This document shows positions 30,248 to 40,213 of a stretch of DNA of 64,000 nt, in pieces. Under the pieces are notes generated by a model, which was given only the letters and a program-made list of their open reading frames with translations, had not been told where the DNA came from and ran no database searches. Origin of the DNA: Thermodesulfobacteriota bacterium. GTDB taxonomy: Bacteria; Desulfobacterota_D; UBA1144; Nemesobacterales; UBA2774. Both the position numbers and the translations under genes were made by a program. The stretch covers positions 7,583-71,582 of the forward strand of contig JBGSVA010000041.1 of assembly GCA_041753155.1 (NCBI GenBank), given 5' to 3'. Every line of letters starts with the position of its first letter. Position 1 is the stretch's first letter.

Positions 30248-30366
30248 ATAAATCCCACAGAATCCCAGCCTCGAATTACTTGACATCTACCGCAATGACA
30301 TATAAAAAGTAAATCCTCTCTCCCGAGATCGAGCCGTTATACTGTTCCCGCAGTTTGTATATTAAT

Positions 30367-31206
30367 TTACCGCTGGTCCCAGATTACGAGAGCACGCTTG
30401 TAAGTCTTACTCTTCGAATATCCGGATTCCCCGGAAACTTTTTTGACAGCATCTTTAAGACTGAGCCCGCTTTTTTTATAGGAGATGAGAAGCTCGTCTA
30501 TGCTTTCTTCAGTAGCTTCACCGCTTTCAGCCGAAGCTCCCTCGACCACTATCGTTACCTCGCCCTTTATCTTATCCCGCTTTCCGAGCGTTTCGAGCAC
30601 ATCCGAGACCTTGCCCCTCAAAGTCTCCTCATACAGCTTCGTCATCTCGCGGCTGACGGAAATATTACGGTCTCCGAGGACTTCGGAAATTGCATCGAGC
30701 GACTTCGTGACCCTGTTGGGGGATTCATAAAACACGAGCGTTTCCGGATAATTTTTTATACGCGAGAGATAGTCGGTCAAGTGCTTCCTCGTCCTCGGCA
30801 GGAAGCCGAAGAAAGCGAAGCTTGAAGTGGGCAGCCCCGACACGCTCAATGCCGATACGGATGCCGATGGTCCCGGTATCGACAGCACCTCGATACCGTG
30901 CCCGGACGCGAGTTTGACGAGCCTGTATCCTGGGTCCGAAATGCACGGGGTTCCGGCGTCCGAGACGAGCGCGACGCTCCTTCCCTCCCGCAGGAGCGAG
31001 AGGAGCTCTTTTGACTTCTCGATCTCGTTATGCTCGTGGTAGCTGACGAGGGGTGTTTCGATCGCGTAGCGGGAAAGGAGCTTTCTCGTGGTCCTCGTAT
31101 CCTCGCAGGCGACGACGTCCGCTTCTTTCAATATCTTGAGCGCCCGAAGTGTTATGTCTTCGAGGTTTCCTATGGGGGTTGAAACGATATAAAGCCTTCC
31201 GCTCAT
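30367..31206 (-). CDS. rsmI: 16S rRNA (cytidine1402-2'-O)-methyltransferase
   Basis: GRLYIVSTPIGNLEDITLRAL...EDTR is the RsmI signature. Confidence 0.85.
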   Translation of the reverse strand: MSGRLYIVSTPIGNLEDITLRALKILKEADVVACEDTRTTRKLLSRYAIETPLVSYHEHNEIEKSKELLSLLREGRSVALVSDAGTPCISDPGYRLVKLASGHGIEVLSIPGPSASVSALSVSGLPTSSFAFFGFLPRTRKHLTDYLSRIKNYPETLVFYESPNRVTKSLDAISEVLGDRNISVSREMTKLYEETLRGKVSDVLETLGKRDKIKGEVTIVVEGASAESGEATEESIDELLISYKKSGLSLKDAVKKVSGESGYSKSKTYKRALVIWDQR

Positions 31207-31315
31207 CTGATCCGAGAACAAGCCGTTAACGGGAAATCAATAATTCCAATTACGCTATATAGTGCGTCAACCCTTTATACGCGCCGGGAAATTTATCAGG
31301 TTGATTACGGCAGCG

Positions 31316-31804
31316 TTAATCCACGTTACATCTCTGATGAGACTCGTAGTTGATACATTTATCCTGATCCTTCCCGCCGTCGATGCTGTCGGTGCCCATT
31401 CCTCCATCGAGGAAGTCCTCACCGTCGTTCCCTTCGAGGTAATCATCTCCGTCACCGCCGTATACGACATCGTCGCCCTTACCACCCCTCAGGTCGTCGT
31501 TCCCGGCGTCTCCGTATATTATATCCTCTCCCGCCCCGCCGGTAATCGTATCTGCGCCGTCGCCGCCGCAAATTACGTCGTCCCCGTCGAGACCCTTTAT
31601 CTGGTCGTTCCCTCCGAGCCCTACTATTACGTCAGGTCCGAGCGACCCGTTCAGGGTATCGTTCCCGTTCGTTCCCACGATTGTCGGCGTTTTACCCTGG
31701 CATGTAGGCGGAGGCTGCGGCGCCGGGCTAGGCGCGGCGTATGAATTTAAAGCAAAAAGCGACATTGCGACTAAAGCGGAAATGCTCAATAATATCCTTT
31801 CCAT
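31316..31804 (-). CDS. Small secreted calcium-binding protein with RTX-like GGxGxD nonapeptide repeats
   Basis: Signal peptide. Tandem GGNDQIKGLDGDDVICGGDGADTITGGAGED repeats. Confidence 0.7.
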   Translation of the reverse strand: MERILLSISALVAMSLFALNSYAAPSPAPQPPPTCQGKTPTIVGTNGNDTLNGSLGPDVIVGLGGNDQIKGLDGDDVICGGDGADTITGGAGEDIIYGDAGNDDLRGGKGDDVVYGGDGDDYLEGNDGEDFLDGGMGTDSIDGGKDQDKCINYESHQRCNVD

Positions 31805-31939
31805 ATCATTCCTCCTTAACGTATGTATGTAATCTCAATTTAACTATTTCGACCGAAGAAAGTCAAGCCGTGTATTGCGGTTATGACTAAGATTAAAATA
31901 CCTACGTTACCTGGCCGGACAGGCGGCTCTTTATGCCGG

Positions 31940-32055
31940 AGGGCGGGGGATTCGAACCCCCAAGTCCTTGCGGACGCAGGTTTTCAAGACCTATACCGCG
32001 CACGTTCTTAAGTCTCCAGAATTGTTGATATATTTTTAATTCCCTTTAACATACG
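31940..32055 (-). repeat. tRNA-Ser(UGA) 3'-half fragment (31940-31997) plus a conserved ~55-bp arm. This is copy T1 of a direct-repeat family.
   Basis: The minus strand reads GGTCTTGAAAACC..variable arm..GGGGGTTCGAATCCCCCGCCCTCCGGCA. No 5' half can be folded. Confidence 0.7.
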
Positions 32056-32118
32056 ATTACCAAAACAACCCCTGACACAAGTCCTGGTTTGTACATATAT
32101 TCACACATGCTCTTCCGA

Positions 32119-34353
32119 TCAGCGAGTAAAACGCCTTTGTCCGCAATAAGTTATAAAAGCGGAAATGACCAGCAGCGAAAGTCCCGCCAGGGAAATTAGA
32201 ACACCCGGAATCAAGCCATAGGGAATGTAACGGAGCTCTAACTGCCCCAATCCGGGACCTACACGGATGCCCATCAGAACCCCGTCCGCGACTTCCGGTG
32301 TAAACCATCCGCCGGGGCCGTGCCCGAATCTTACTCTCCAACCCCTGTCCCAAGTCTCCGCTACGACCAATGTCTTTTCCCGAGGTGTATCCCACGAAAT
32401 ACGCCAGTAGCCCGGCAGCCGCTCGTCAACTCTAAGCCCAATCTCCAGGTCTTCATCCGTATCGCCGGTCTCAAGCCATCGTACAACCGGCAGTCCATCA
32501 ACTAACCGGTATATAGAAGCATCCTCTCCATCATATACCTTTTTCAATCCTTCTACAGGAGCTCCATACCCGGGAGGGGTCAATATCCACCTCACCCCCA
32601 GTTTTCGAATCATCGGGGAGTTCCAGTCCGCTACCGGACTAAAATAGACCGGATTGTATCCGGCTGAGAATGCAGAATATGCCCTTTCATACCTCTCAAG
32701 CTTCACCACGTTATCGCCCCGAATATCATAGAGTCCGTATACCATGGCGGCGTTAGGATGGAGCGCCCCCCCTACCCCGGCGACGCGGCCGGGCTTATCC
32801 CGGAGGAACTCAATCGCCGGGGTGACGGGATAGAGCTCGTTCAGGGACAATCCCGGATTGATATTGCCGTGAGCGGCCAGGAGATCGAGAACCAGGATCA
32901 CCGGAATGGCAGGCCATATGTATTTTCTATAGGCGGGCTTGAAGAACAGAGTAAATGAAAAAATAGTAGCCGATCCGAGGACCCAGATTGTCCAATATAC
33001 CTGAGTATCGACGGTCCCCCTTTGTTCCCAAAGTTCGATAAAACCGAACCAGGTCACCGCGATCAATACCGCGACCGCCGCCGTCCCGATCAACATGGTT
33101 TTACCCGAGCCCTCTATCCAGCGGTTAAATCCGTATCCCGCAAGCAGAGCGAGCGAAAGTCCAATGGCAAACCTGAGTCGATGATAGATCACTTTCCCGA
33201 AGACGGGAATATCCTTGATCAGATCGAATTCAAGCGGCAGGATATACACAGCGAGGAAAGAAATTATCAGAATAGCCGATACCGCAAGCCACCTCCGGTC
33301 TTTCCAAAAATCACTCAGCCCTGCAGAAGCCAGCAATAGCGTTAATACGCCCGCATACACCGTCGTTCCGATATAATTGAATGGCCCCCACCAGGTGCCC
33401 GAAGCCGGGTTCCCCGTCATCTCGGGGAGGACAATCCTCAGAGGCTGAACCAATATCTCAATCCATTCAATGGCAGCACCCTTACCGCTGCCCTCATAAA
33501 GCCACTTACTGCTTTCGAATAAGGTAAATAGAAAAGGCAGGGTCACGACAGCCGAGAGCGCCGCAGCCACAATCCAGCCGAAGGCAAAACCTGCCCACGA
33601 CCGCAGCAAATCTTGCGAACCCCTGACAAGCAAATATAGAGTAGATATCATCGCCGTGAGGATCACTGTCTCGGGATGTCCGGCTAAAAGCTCGAGCCCC
33701 GCGGTCACGCTCAACATCCGCCAGCCGCCTTTTCCGTTCGCAATCCGCTCTACAGACCAGAGGACCCAGGGAACGAGCGCAAAGGCGTTCGACATGGGAA
33801 CCAAAAGCCATGCGACGGGTAAGCCCGAGAGCGGGTAAATGAGACAGGCTACGAGAGAGCCGCGCTGTCCCAATCCAAGCTCTCTCGCAAGATACCACAC
33901 GCCGAGGCCCGCTATCACGAACCTGAGCCACGGCAGCAAAACGAACGACAATTGAAGGGGCAACACCACGAACAACAGATGTAAAGGGAATAAAGGAGCA
34001 CCGGAGCCGTTACTCCAGTAAGGGGTTCCCGAGAACTGATGAGGATCCCAGAACGGAAGCCTCCCCTGCCTCATCTCGTGACGGAGAAACAAGAGCCACG
34101 GCTGAACCTGATGAGTCACGTCCCGCAGGTGGGGGTTACCCTTCCCTGCATCCGCAACACCTTCCCAGGGTGCGAATTGCGCCATTGTCGCAGCGGGGCT
34201 CGGAATTCCGTCGGGGATAGTGAGTGCAGGCATCAATAGCGCTGCTCCCGAGATTCCCAAAGCGAAAAATGCGATCCCAAAACCCCTTCTTTTATATATC
34301 AATCCGATGCAGCTGAGGGCAAGGAGAAGCGGTAAGATCGGGTTAATGTTCAA
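32119..34353 (-). CDS. Large polytopic membrane protein, YfhO/GT-C-like (putative membrane glycosyltransferase)
   Basis: About 20 TM helices with large periplasmic loops. The size and topology fit the YfhO family. Confidence 0.5.
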   Translation of the reverse strand: MNINPILPLLLALSCIGLIYKRRGFGIAFFALGISGAALLMPALTIPDGIPSPAATMAQFAPWEGVADAGKGNPHLRDVTHQVQPWLLFLRHEMRQGRLPFWDPHQFSGTPYWSNGSGAPLFPLHLLFVVLPLQLSFVLLPWLRFVIAGLGVWYLARELGLGQRGSLVACLIYPLSGLPVAWLLVPMSNAFALVPWVLWSVERIANGKGGWRMLSVTAGLELLAGHPETVILTAMISTLYLLVRGSQDLLRSWAGFAFGWIVAAALSAVVTLPFLFTLFESSKWLYEGSGKGAAIEWIEILVQPLRIVLPEMTGNPASGTWWGPFNYIGTTVYAGVLTLLLASAGLSDFWKDRRWLAVSAILIISFLAVYILPLEFDLIKDIPVFGKVIYHRLRFAIGLSLALLAGYGFNRWIEGSGKTMLIGTAAVAVLIAVTWFGFIELWEQRGTVDTQVYWTIWVLGSATIFSFTLFFKPAYRKYIWPAIPVILVLDLLAAHGNINPGLSLNELYPVTPAIEFLRDKPGRVAGVGGALHPNAAMVYGLYDIRGDNVVKLERYERAYSAFSAGYNPVYFSPVADWNSPMIRKLGVRWILTPPGYGAPVEGLKKVYDGEDASIYRLVDGLPVVRWLETGDTDEDLEIGLRVDERLPGYWRISWDTPREKTLVVAETWDRGWRVRFGHGPGGWFTPEVADGVLMGIRVGPGLGQLELRYIPYGLIPGVLISLAGLSLLVISAFITYCGQRRFTR

Positions 34354-34512
34354 CTAGACATGACCGTGAGAGCCGACATTCCATACGATCGATATACGCC
34401 GGACCTCACATATTAATAATTGGAATAATTTCTAATTTACACCATCGATCGGAGAAAAACCAGCCTGCCCGCTTTACTGTTATCGAGGAGCTTGTAAAGT
34501 TATACATTACAC

Positions 34513-35271
34513 ATGAAAAATGAGCTGGTCAGACTCCAGGAAACGCTCTATAACTCCAGGAACCCCACAAGACGCTGGCTCCACCGAACACGCAAGGACT
34601 GGATAGTTCACAAACTCAGACGATTTGCCGGCGAGGAGGGAAAAGGAAAAGTCCTCGAAGTCGGGATAGGCTCCGGAATTTACCTTCCTGTGCTAGCCGA
34701 GTTATTTGAGAATGTAGTTGCGATCGACATAGAGGATTCCTATATCGATAACGCAATGACCATGACAAAGGATTTGACCAACGTATCCATAATCAAGGAC
34801 GATATTACCGAAACCGGACTGGTTGAGAAGAGCTTCGATCTTGTCCTGTGCTCGGAAGTAATCGAGCATATATATGATTCGAACAAAGCGTTTGCTGGGA
34901 TGCAGAGGCTCCTCAAAAACGGATGTCCGCTGATATTGTCGACCCCGCAGCCGTGGAGTCCGCTGGAGCTTCTTTCCAGAATCGCATTCCTGCCGGGTGT
35001 TATAGATATTGTGAGATATATATACAAAGAGCCTATTCTGAAAACGGGGCATATCAATCTGATGACGGAAAAAGAGATTACAAGGCAGCTCGCAGAAAAC
35101 CGTTTTCGTATACGGGAACGTCATAAATCAGGCTTATATCTCCCGTTGATAGCCGAGTTTGCCGGGGAAACGGGCCTGAGACTCGAGAAATGGGTGGAAT
35201 CCCGTATCCGCAAACAACCCCTCGATTGGGCCCTATGGACGCAATACTACGTCGCCGAGCCTGAGTCCTGA
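34513..35271 (+). CDS. Class I SAM-dependent methyltransferase
   Basis: VLEVGIGSGIY...DIED (motifs I/II). Confidence 0.7.
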   Translation: MKNELVRLQETLYNSRNPTRRWLHRTRKDWIVHKLRRFAGEEGKGKVLEVGIGSGIYLPVLAELFENVVAIDIEDSYIDNAMTMTKDLTNVSIIKDDITETGLVEKSFDLVLCSEVIEHIYDSNKAFAGMQRLLKNGCPLILSTPQPWSPLELLSRIAFLPGVIDIVRYIYKEPILKTGHINLMTEKEITRQLAENRFRIRERHKSGLYLPLIAEFAGETGLRLEKWVESRIRKQPLDWALWTQYYVAEPES

Positions 35272-35286
35272 GATTCGTACCGGTTT

Positions 35287-36075
35287 CTAAAATTCAGATG
35301 ACGGAGAACGGCGGACGTATTTCCCAGACCTCAACCTGCTTCTTATCGCCGCTAAATCGGCGAGAGCCTTCACCGTCCCCTTTATAACGCTCACATTACT
35401 CTCCGGGTAATGCTTCCAGGTAATAGGCACCTCTTTCACCTCATATCCCAACTCTCTTGCAATCACCAGGAGCTCCACATCGAAAATCCAGCCCGGGATC
35501 GTTTGCAGGGGAAAAACGTTATCGGCTGAAGACCCCGTAAATATTTTGAAGCCCGCCTGAGTGTCCTTAAATGGAAGGCCGGCAAACAGCTTAACGAAGT
35601 ATATAAACACCTTCCCCATGCTCTCCCTGATCCACGGCTGGCGAGAGGTTATATTGGCGCCCTCTACGCCCCTCGAACCGATAATTATGTCGTATCCCTG
35701 GTCGAAATAGGGCATCATATGACGTATCTCTTCTATCGAGGTGGAATTGTCCGCGTCCATAAATAGCCGGCAGGTCCCCCGCGCCTTGAGCATCCCTTCC
35801 TTCACCGCCGTCCCCTTACCCCTGTTCTCGGGCAGGGTGATCAGCACGAGCTCCGGCATCGCGTCCATCAGGGACGAGACGGTCTCGGCGGTTTTATCCA
35901 TAGACCCGTCGTCAACGACTATAACTTCATGCTTGAATTTCATGTCCGCAAAAAAATGATGAACGGAAAGCAGGGTCGATTCGATGATACTCTCTTCGTT
36001 ATAAGCAGGGATGATCACCGAAAGGATTATTTCATCGTCTATGGATCGATCCCTCACATGGGCGGGAATTAGCAT
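35287..36075 (-). CDS. Glycosyltransferase family 2 (polyprenol-phosphate sugar transferase-like)
   Basis: LSVIIPAYNEE...VVDDGSMD...MDADNS motifs. Confidence 0.75.
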   Translation of the reverse strand: MLIPAHVRDRSIDDEIILSVIIPAYNEESIIESTLLSVHHFFADMKFKHEVIVVDDGSMDKTAETVSSLMDAMPELVLITLPENRGKGTAVKEGMLKARGTCRLFMDADNSTSIEEIRHMMPYFDQGYDIIIGSRGVEGANITSRQPWIRESMGKVFIYFVKLFAGLPFKDTQAGFKIFTGSSADNVFPLQTIPGWIFDVELLVIARELGYEVKEVPITWKHYPESNVSVIKGTVKALADLAAIRSRLRSGKYVRRSPSSEF

Positions 36076-36346
36076 TCCTGTTATCCGCCTAAACCCGGAT
36101 TCACAGGTTTCATTCCGATTATCCTGCTGCTCCGATAAGCCGTGCTCCCGTCCGACATGAGAATAAAGATACAGTATTCTCTCACCCTCATAAAGTAGGT
36201 TGCAGGACTCGTCTGAGTCTATACTTATCAGATTTATAATTACAATTCCGGCTCTTGTAAACTTTCATCGGCTCTTTCGAAACTTCGGTAATAAGATATA
36301 ATGAAACTACAAAAACAGAACTTTTACTAAACATCCGTGAAGGAAA

Positions 36347-37216
36347 TTGAAAGGAATAATCCTCGCCGGGGGTTCCGGCAAAAGACTCTTTCCCCTGACC
36401 CGTGCCGTAAGTAAGCAGCTGCTGCCGGTATTCGACAAGCCGATGATTTATTATCCGCTCTCGCTTCTGATGCTCGCAGGCATAAGGGAGGTACTGATAA
36501 TTTCGAGCCCTCACGATCTCCCGAGATTCAGGGAGCTCCTGCGGGACGGCTCTCATCTAGGAATGTCCTTTTCGTACGCTCCCCAGACAGAGCCCCGGGG
36601 TCTTGCCGAAGCGTTTCTTATAGGCAGGGATTTCGTGGGATGCGATGCCGTATGTCTCGTTCTGGGGGATAATTTGTTTTACGGCCATGGGCTGAGGGAC
36701 CTGCTCAAAAAGAGCGCGGGTCCAGGTCAGGGCGGGATCGTTTTCGGTTATCCCGTCAGAGACCCCGGCCGATACGGGGTTCTGGAATTCGGCGGGAACG
36801 GCAGCGTTATCGGGATTGAGGAAAAGCCGACGAAACCCAAGTCAAGGTATGCGGTCACGGGAATCTATTTTTACGATAATAATGTTTTGGAAATAGCGTC
36901 CGGGCTCTCCCCTTCTCACCGCGGAGAGCTTGAGATAACGGACATCAACCGGGAATATTTAACGAACGGGAAACTGACCGTAGAGCTTTTGGGGAGGGGG
37001 TTTTCGTGGCTCGATATGGGTACATACGAGTCCCTTCAGCAGGCATCCCAATACGTTCAGACCATTCAGGAGCGTCAGGGACTCAAGATAGCGTGTATCG
37101 AAGAGATAGCGTACAGGGAAGGATTCATAGACAGGGCGCGCCTGCGGGAGCTGGCCCTCGAGATGTCCGGGAACGAGTACGGGGCGTATCTGGACGAAAT
37201 ACTGGACCAGGGATAA
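36347..37216 (+). CDS. rfbA: Glucose-1-phosphate thymidylyltransferase (TTG start)
   Basis: [18 protein letters not shown] is the RmlA signature. Confidence 0.9.
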   Translation: MKGIILAGGSGKRLFPLTRAVSKQLLPVFDKPMIYYPLSLLMLAGIREVLIISSPHDLPRFRELLRDGSHLGMSFSYAPQTEPRGLAEAFLIGRDFVGCDAVCLVLGDNLFYGHGLRDLLKKSAGPGQGGIVFGYPVRDPGRYGVLEFGGNGSVIGIEEKPTKPKSRYAVTGIYFYDNNVLEIASGLSPSHRGELEITDINREYLTNGKLTVELLGRGFSWLDMGTYESLQQASQYVQTIQERQGLKIACIEEIAYREGFIDRARLRELALEMSGNEYGAYLDEILDQG

Positions 37217-37221
37217 CGGGT

Positions 37222-37782
37222 ATGGCGATAAGCGTAATAGAGACATCCCTTCAGGGGGTATTCGTGATCGAATCCGACGTCCATACCGACGACAGGGGCT
37301 TCTTCAAAGAGATATACCGCTACGATAAATACCTGTCAGCGGGACTGGGCATGAAGTTCGTTCAGGATAATCACTGCCACTCGAAAAGGGGTGTTTTGAG
37401 GGGACTCCACTATCAGCTCAATTCACCGCAGGGGAAGCTCGTTATGGCCGTGACGGGCGAGGTGTTCGACGTAGCGGTGGATATAAGGAAGGGGTCTCCC
37501 GGCTACGGCAGATGGACAGGCGTATATCTATCCCCTTTAAATAACAGGCAGGTATATATTCCCGAAGGGTATGCTCACGGATATTGCGTACTGAGCGAGA
37601 GTGCGGACGTTATCTACAAATGCACCTCATTATTCGACCCCGGCGACGAGTACGGAATATTATGGTCGGACCCCGACATAAACATTGAATGGCCCGTAGT
37701 CAATCCGGTTCTTTCAGTGAGGGACGCGGGTAACCCGGCGCTCGGGGAGATAAGCGACGACGATCTGCCCGTGTATATGTAA
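37222..37782 (+). CDS. rfbC: dTDP-4-dehydrorhamnose 3,5-epimerase
   Basis: RmlC cupin motifs (DDRGFF ... RGLHYQ). The ORF-track N-extension is out of context. Confidence 0.85.
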   Translation: MAISVIETSLQGVFVIESDVHTDDRGFFKEIYRYDKYLSAGLGMKFVQDNHCHSKRGVLRGLHYQLNSPQGKLVMAVTGEVFDVAVDIRKGSPGYGRWTGVYLSPLNNRQVYIPEGYAHGYCVLSESADVIYKCTSLFDPGDEYGILWSDPDINIEWPVVNPVLSVRDAGNPALGEISDDDLPVYM

Positions 37783-37829
37783 ATTACCGGATAGTCGATA
37801 AAAGTATCGGGGGCTCGCGGTCACGTAGA

Positions 37830-38882
37830 ATGGAAAATTTGCTAGTAACAGGCGGCGCAGGTTTTATAGGCGTCAACTTCATCAGGTATCTTCTCACGGA
37901 GACGGGCTTCAGGGGACGCGTTATCAACGTGGACAAGCTTACCTATGCCGGGAACCCTGAAAGTCTTGACGGAATCGATAAGCGTTTTTCGGACAGGTAT
38001 GAGTTTATCAAAGCGGACATCTGTGATAGAGAGAAGCTTGCGCGTGTATTCGACGAGCACGATGTGGATTCGGTGTGCCATTTCGCCGCCGAATCCCATG
38101 TGGACAGGTCGATAGTCAGCGCCGAGGATTTTATCAAAACGAATATCCTCGGCACATACAACCTATTAGAGCTCGCCAGAGAGCGTACGGATCGCATTCG
38201 TCTATTCCATCATATAAGCACCGATGAAGTGTTCGGGGACCTGGACGCCGGGGGTTATTCCGCCGAGGACGCTCCCTACAGACCAAACAGTCCCTACTCG
38301 GCGTCTAAAGCCTCATCCAACCACCTTGCCAGAGCCTATTATAAAACTTACGGGCTTCCGGTGACGATCTCGAACTGCTCTAACAATTATGGACCTTATC
38401 AGTTCCCCGAAAAGCTTATCCCGCTTATGATACTGAACGCACTCGAGGGCAAGCCTCTTCCCATTTACGGAGACGGTATGAATGTGAGAGATTGGTTATA
38501 TGTGCACGACCACTGTGCAGCCGTAAAGACAATTATGGATAAGGAAAGCGGGGGGGAAACGTATAACATAGGCGGAGGGAATGAAATAACAAATATCCGG
38601 GTTGTCGAGATGATTTGCGATATGCTGGATGAGATTTTAGGCCGTCTTCCCGACGGGAAGCCCCGGAGAGACCTCATCACGCTCGTTCCCGACCGACCCG
38701 GTCACGACAGACGTTATGCAATTGAATGGAGGAAGATAAACTCCGAGCTGGGCTGGAGACCGACCGAGAGTTTTGAAAGCGGCCTCCGGAAGACCGTCGA
38801 CTGGTATCTCACCAATAAGGCCTGGGTTGACAGGGTCAGAAGCAGCGAATACAGAAAGTGGATTGATGCGCATTACGGATAA
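37830..38882 (+). CDS. rfbB: dTDP-glucose 4,6-dehydratase
   Basis: Rossmann fold TGGAGFIG. Catalytic YxxxK (YSASKAS). Confidence 0.9.
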   Translation: MENLLVTGGAGFIGVNFIRYLLTETGFRGRVINVDKLTYAGNPESLDGIDKRFSDRYEFIKADICDREKLARVFDEHDVDSVCHFAAESHVDRSIVSAEDFIKTNILGTYNLLELARERTDRIRLFHHISTDEVFGDLDAGGYSAEDAPYRPNSPYSASKASSNHLARAYYKTYGLPVTISNCSNNYGPYQFPEKLIPLMILNALEGKPLPIYGDGMNVRDWLYVHDHCAAVKTIMDKESGGETYNIGGGNEITNIRVVEMICDMLDEILGRLPDGKPRRDLITLVPDRPGHDRRYAIEWRKINSELGWRPTESFESGLRKTVDWYLTNKAWVDRVRSSEYRKWIDAHYG

Positions 38883-38954
38883 TTAACCGGAGCGCATTAA
38901 CAGCACTCCCCGTTCTCCTTTGTCTTTCCATATATAGACCTGTGCTGAACCATG

Positions 38955-38973
38955 TCCTGAATTTATTTCAGGA
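38955..38973 (+). terminator. Candidate hairpin (7-bp stem tcctgaa/ttcagga) followed by a T-rich tract after rfbB
   Basis: The inverted repeat is read directly. The stem is AT-rich and therefore weak. Confidence 0.25.
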
Positions 38974-39042
38974 TTGATTTGGTATTCAGGACGCAGGGCG
39001 AAGGGGTTTTCTTGTCGCGGCTGGTAGCTGCCTCAATATCAC

Positions 39043-40146
39043 CTAGCGGTAAAAACTTAAGCTTTCTAACTCCTGTCCCTCACCATCTACAATACGGAAA
39101 TTATATGTGCCCGGTTCCATGTTCATCCAGATATCCCTCGGAAAGCGCCATGATTTAGTTCCGCCGTCGCAAATCCTGACCGCTGCCGCAGGAATACCAA
39201 GATCATTATTCGAAATCTCGACCCATAACGGCAAGCTGCGTATCATTCCCATAGAACTGAACTCGAGAGTAGGAACGCCACACCACGGAAACGAACGCCC
39301 ATGAGCCCCCAAACCACAGTGAAATGCCAGCCGTCTCATCAGCGGGATTAGATATGAAATAAAAGTATCGAAGACTATCCCGTAGTAGCGTTTCCTGAAC
39401 ATACGGCCCGATTCCTCGAACCACTTTTTCGCCCTGGGCTCTTTTACCGCACTCCGGTTATATGCGTGCACAACTTGAGCGTCCGGCACATAGTAAGATT
39501 TCAGTCCGTTTTTCTCAAGCCTCCTGAGCCAGTCCGCCTCTTCATAATATAGCTTGTAGGCCTCGTCGAACGGCCCGACTCTGTTCCAGGTGTCCCTCCT
39601 CACAGCCAGGAGGGCGCCGCTTAAGGAGTAGCTCTCAAAGGCATCTCCGGCTTCCCAATGCCTCCTCGCGTGCACCCTCCATATACTCCTCACCCACCTG
39701 GCCCAGTCTTCCCCGAGCGCAGATGTCCTCCATATCAATTCGTTCCGCCTCTTAAGCTCCATGAGAGGCGGGAGCAGTATTATGCGTTCCGGGTCGAGAA
39801 AAAACTTCGGGCCTGCCGCGGGAGCACCTTTACAGAGCACCGACACGAGGGCGCCTAATGACCCAGGCATCACTTGAACGTCGGGGTTCATAAATATCAT
39901 GATATCAGCATTTGTGGCGCCGGCACCCAAATTGATACCCCCTGCATAGCCGAGGTTCACCCCCGGATCGAGGAGCCTTGCCGGGAGGGATCCGATAAGT
40001 CCCTTATCACGGTCGCCGCTCCCGTTATCTACTATTATTATCTCCCCTTCTATCCCGCTCGATCGCATATCGGAGCGGATTGCCTCTACAGCTTTCCGCA
40101 GCAGGTCGGGGGTGTGGTAATGAACGAGTATTAGAGCCACTTTCAT
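39043..40146 (-). CDS. Glycosyltransferase family 2
   Basis: ILVHYHTPDLL...IIVDNGSGD... motifs. Confidence 0.7.
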   Translation of the reverse strand: MKVALILVHYHTPDLLRKAVEAIRSDMRSSGIEGEIIIVDNGSGDRDKGLIGSLPARLLDPGVNLGYAGGINLGAGATNADIMIFMNPDVQVMPGSLGALVSVLCKGAPAAGPKFFLDPERIILLPPLMELKRRNELIWRTSALGEDWARWVRSIWRVHARRHWEAGDAFESYSLSGALLAVRRDTWNRVGPFDEAYKLYYEEADWLRRLEKNGLKSYYVPDAQVVHAYNRSAVKEPRAKKWFEESGRMFRKRYYGIVFDTFISYLIPLMRRLAFHCGLGAHGRSFPWCGVPTLEFSSMGMIRSLPLWVEISNNDLGIPAAAVRICDGGTKSWRFPRDIWMNMEPGTYNFRIVDGEGQELESLSFYR

Positions 40147-40213
40147 ATTAGAATTAACCTGTTTGTAAAAGGCCGCATATCATATATATGCGGCGGAATA
40201 CAGCCTGGCCGGG

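Noticed and set aside
31262-31744. A 160-aa plus-strand ORF overlapping the RTX-like gene
   Set aside because: It is the antisense frame of a repeat-rich gene. The RTX-like minus-strand frame has a signal peptide and periodic GGxGxD repeats, which this frame lacks.
31940-31997. A complete tRNA-Ser gene on the minus strand (the same question applies at 51210 and 53417)
   Set aside because: Only the 3' portion folds: anticodon-stem 3' side, loop, variable arm, T arm and acceptor 3' strand. For T1 and T2 the sequence where the 5' acceptor strand and D arm should be (ggagacttaagaacgtgcgcgatat) cannot pair with GCCCTCC or form a D arm. The T3 downstream region is unrelated sequence. These are treated as fragments or att-like repeats.
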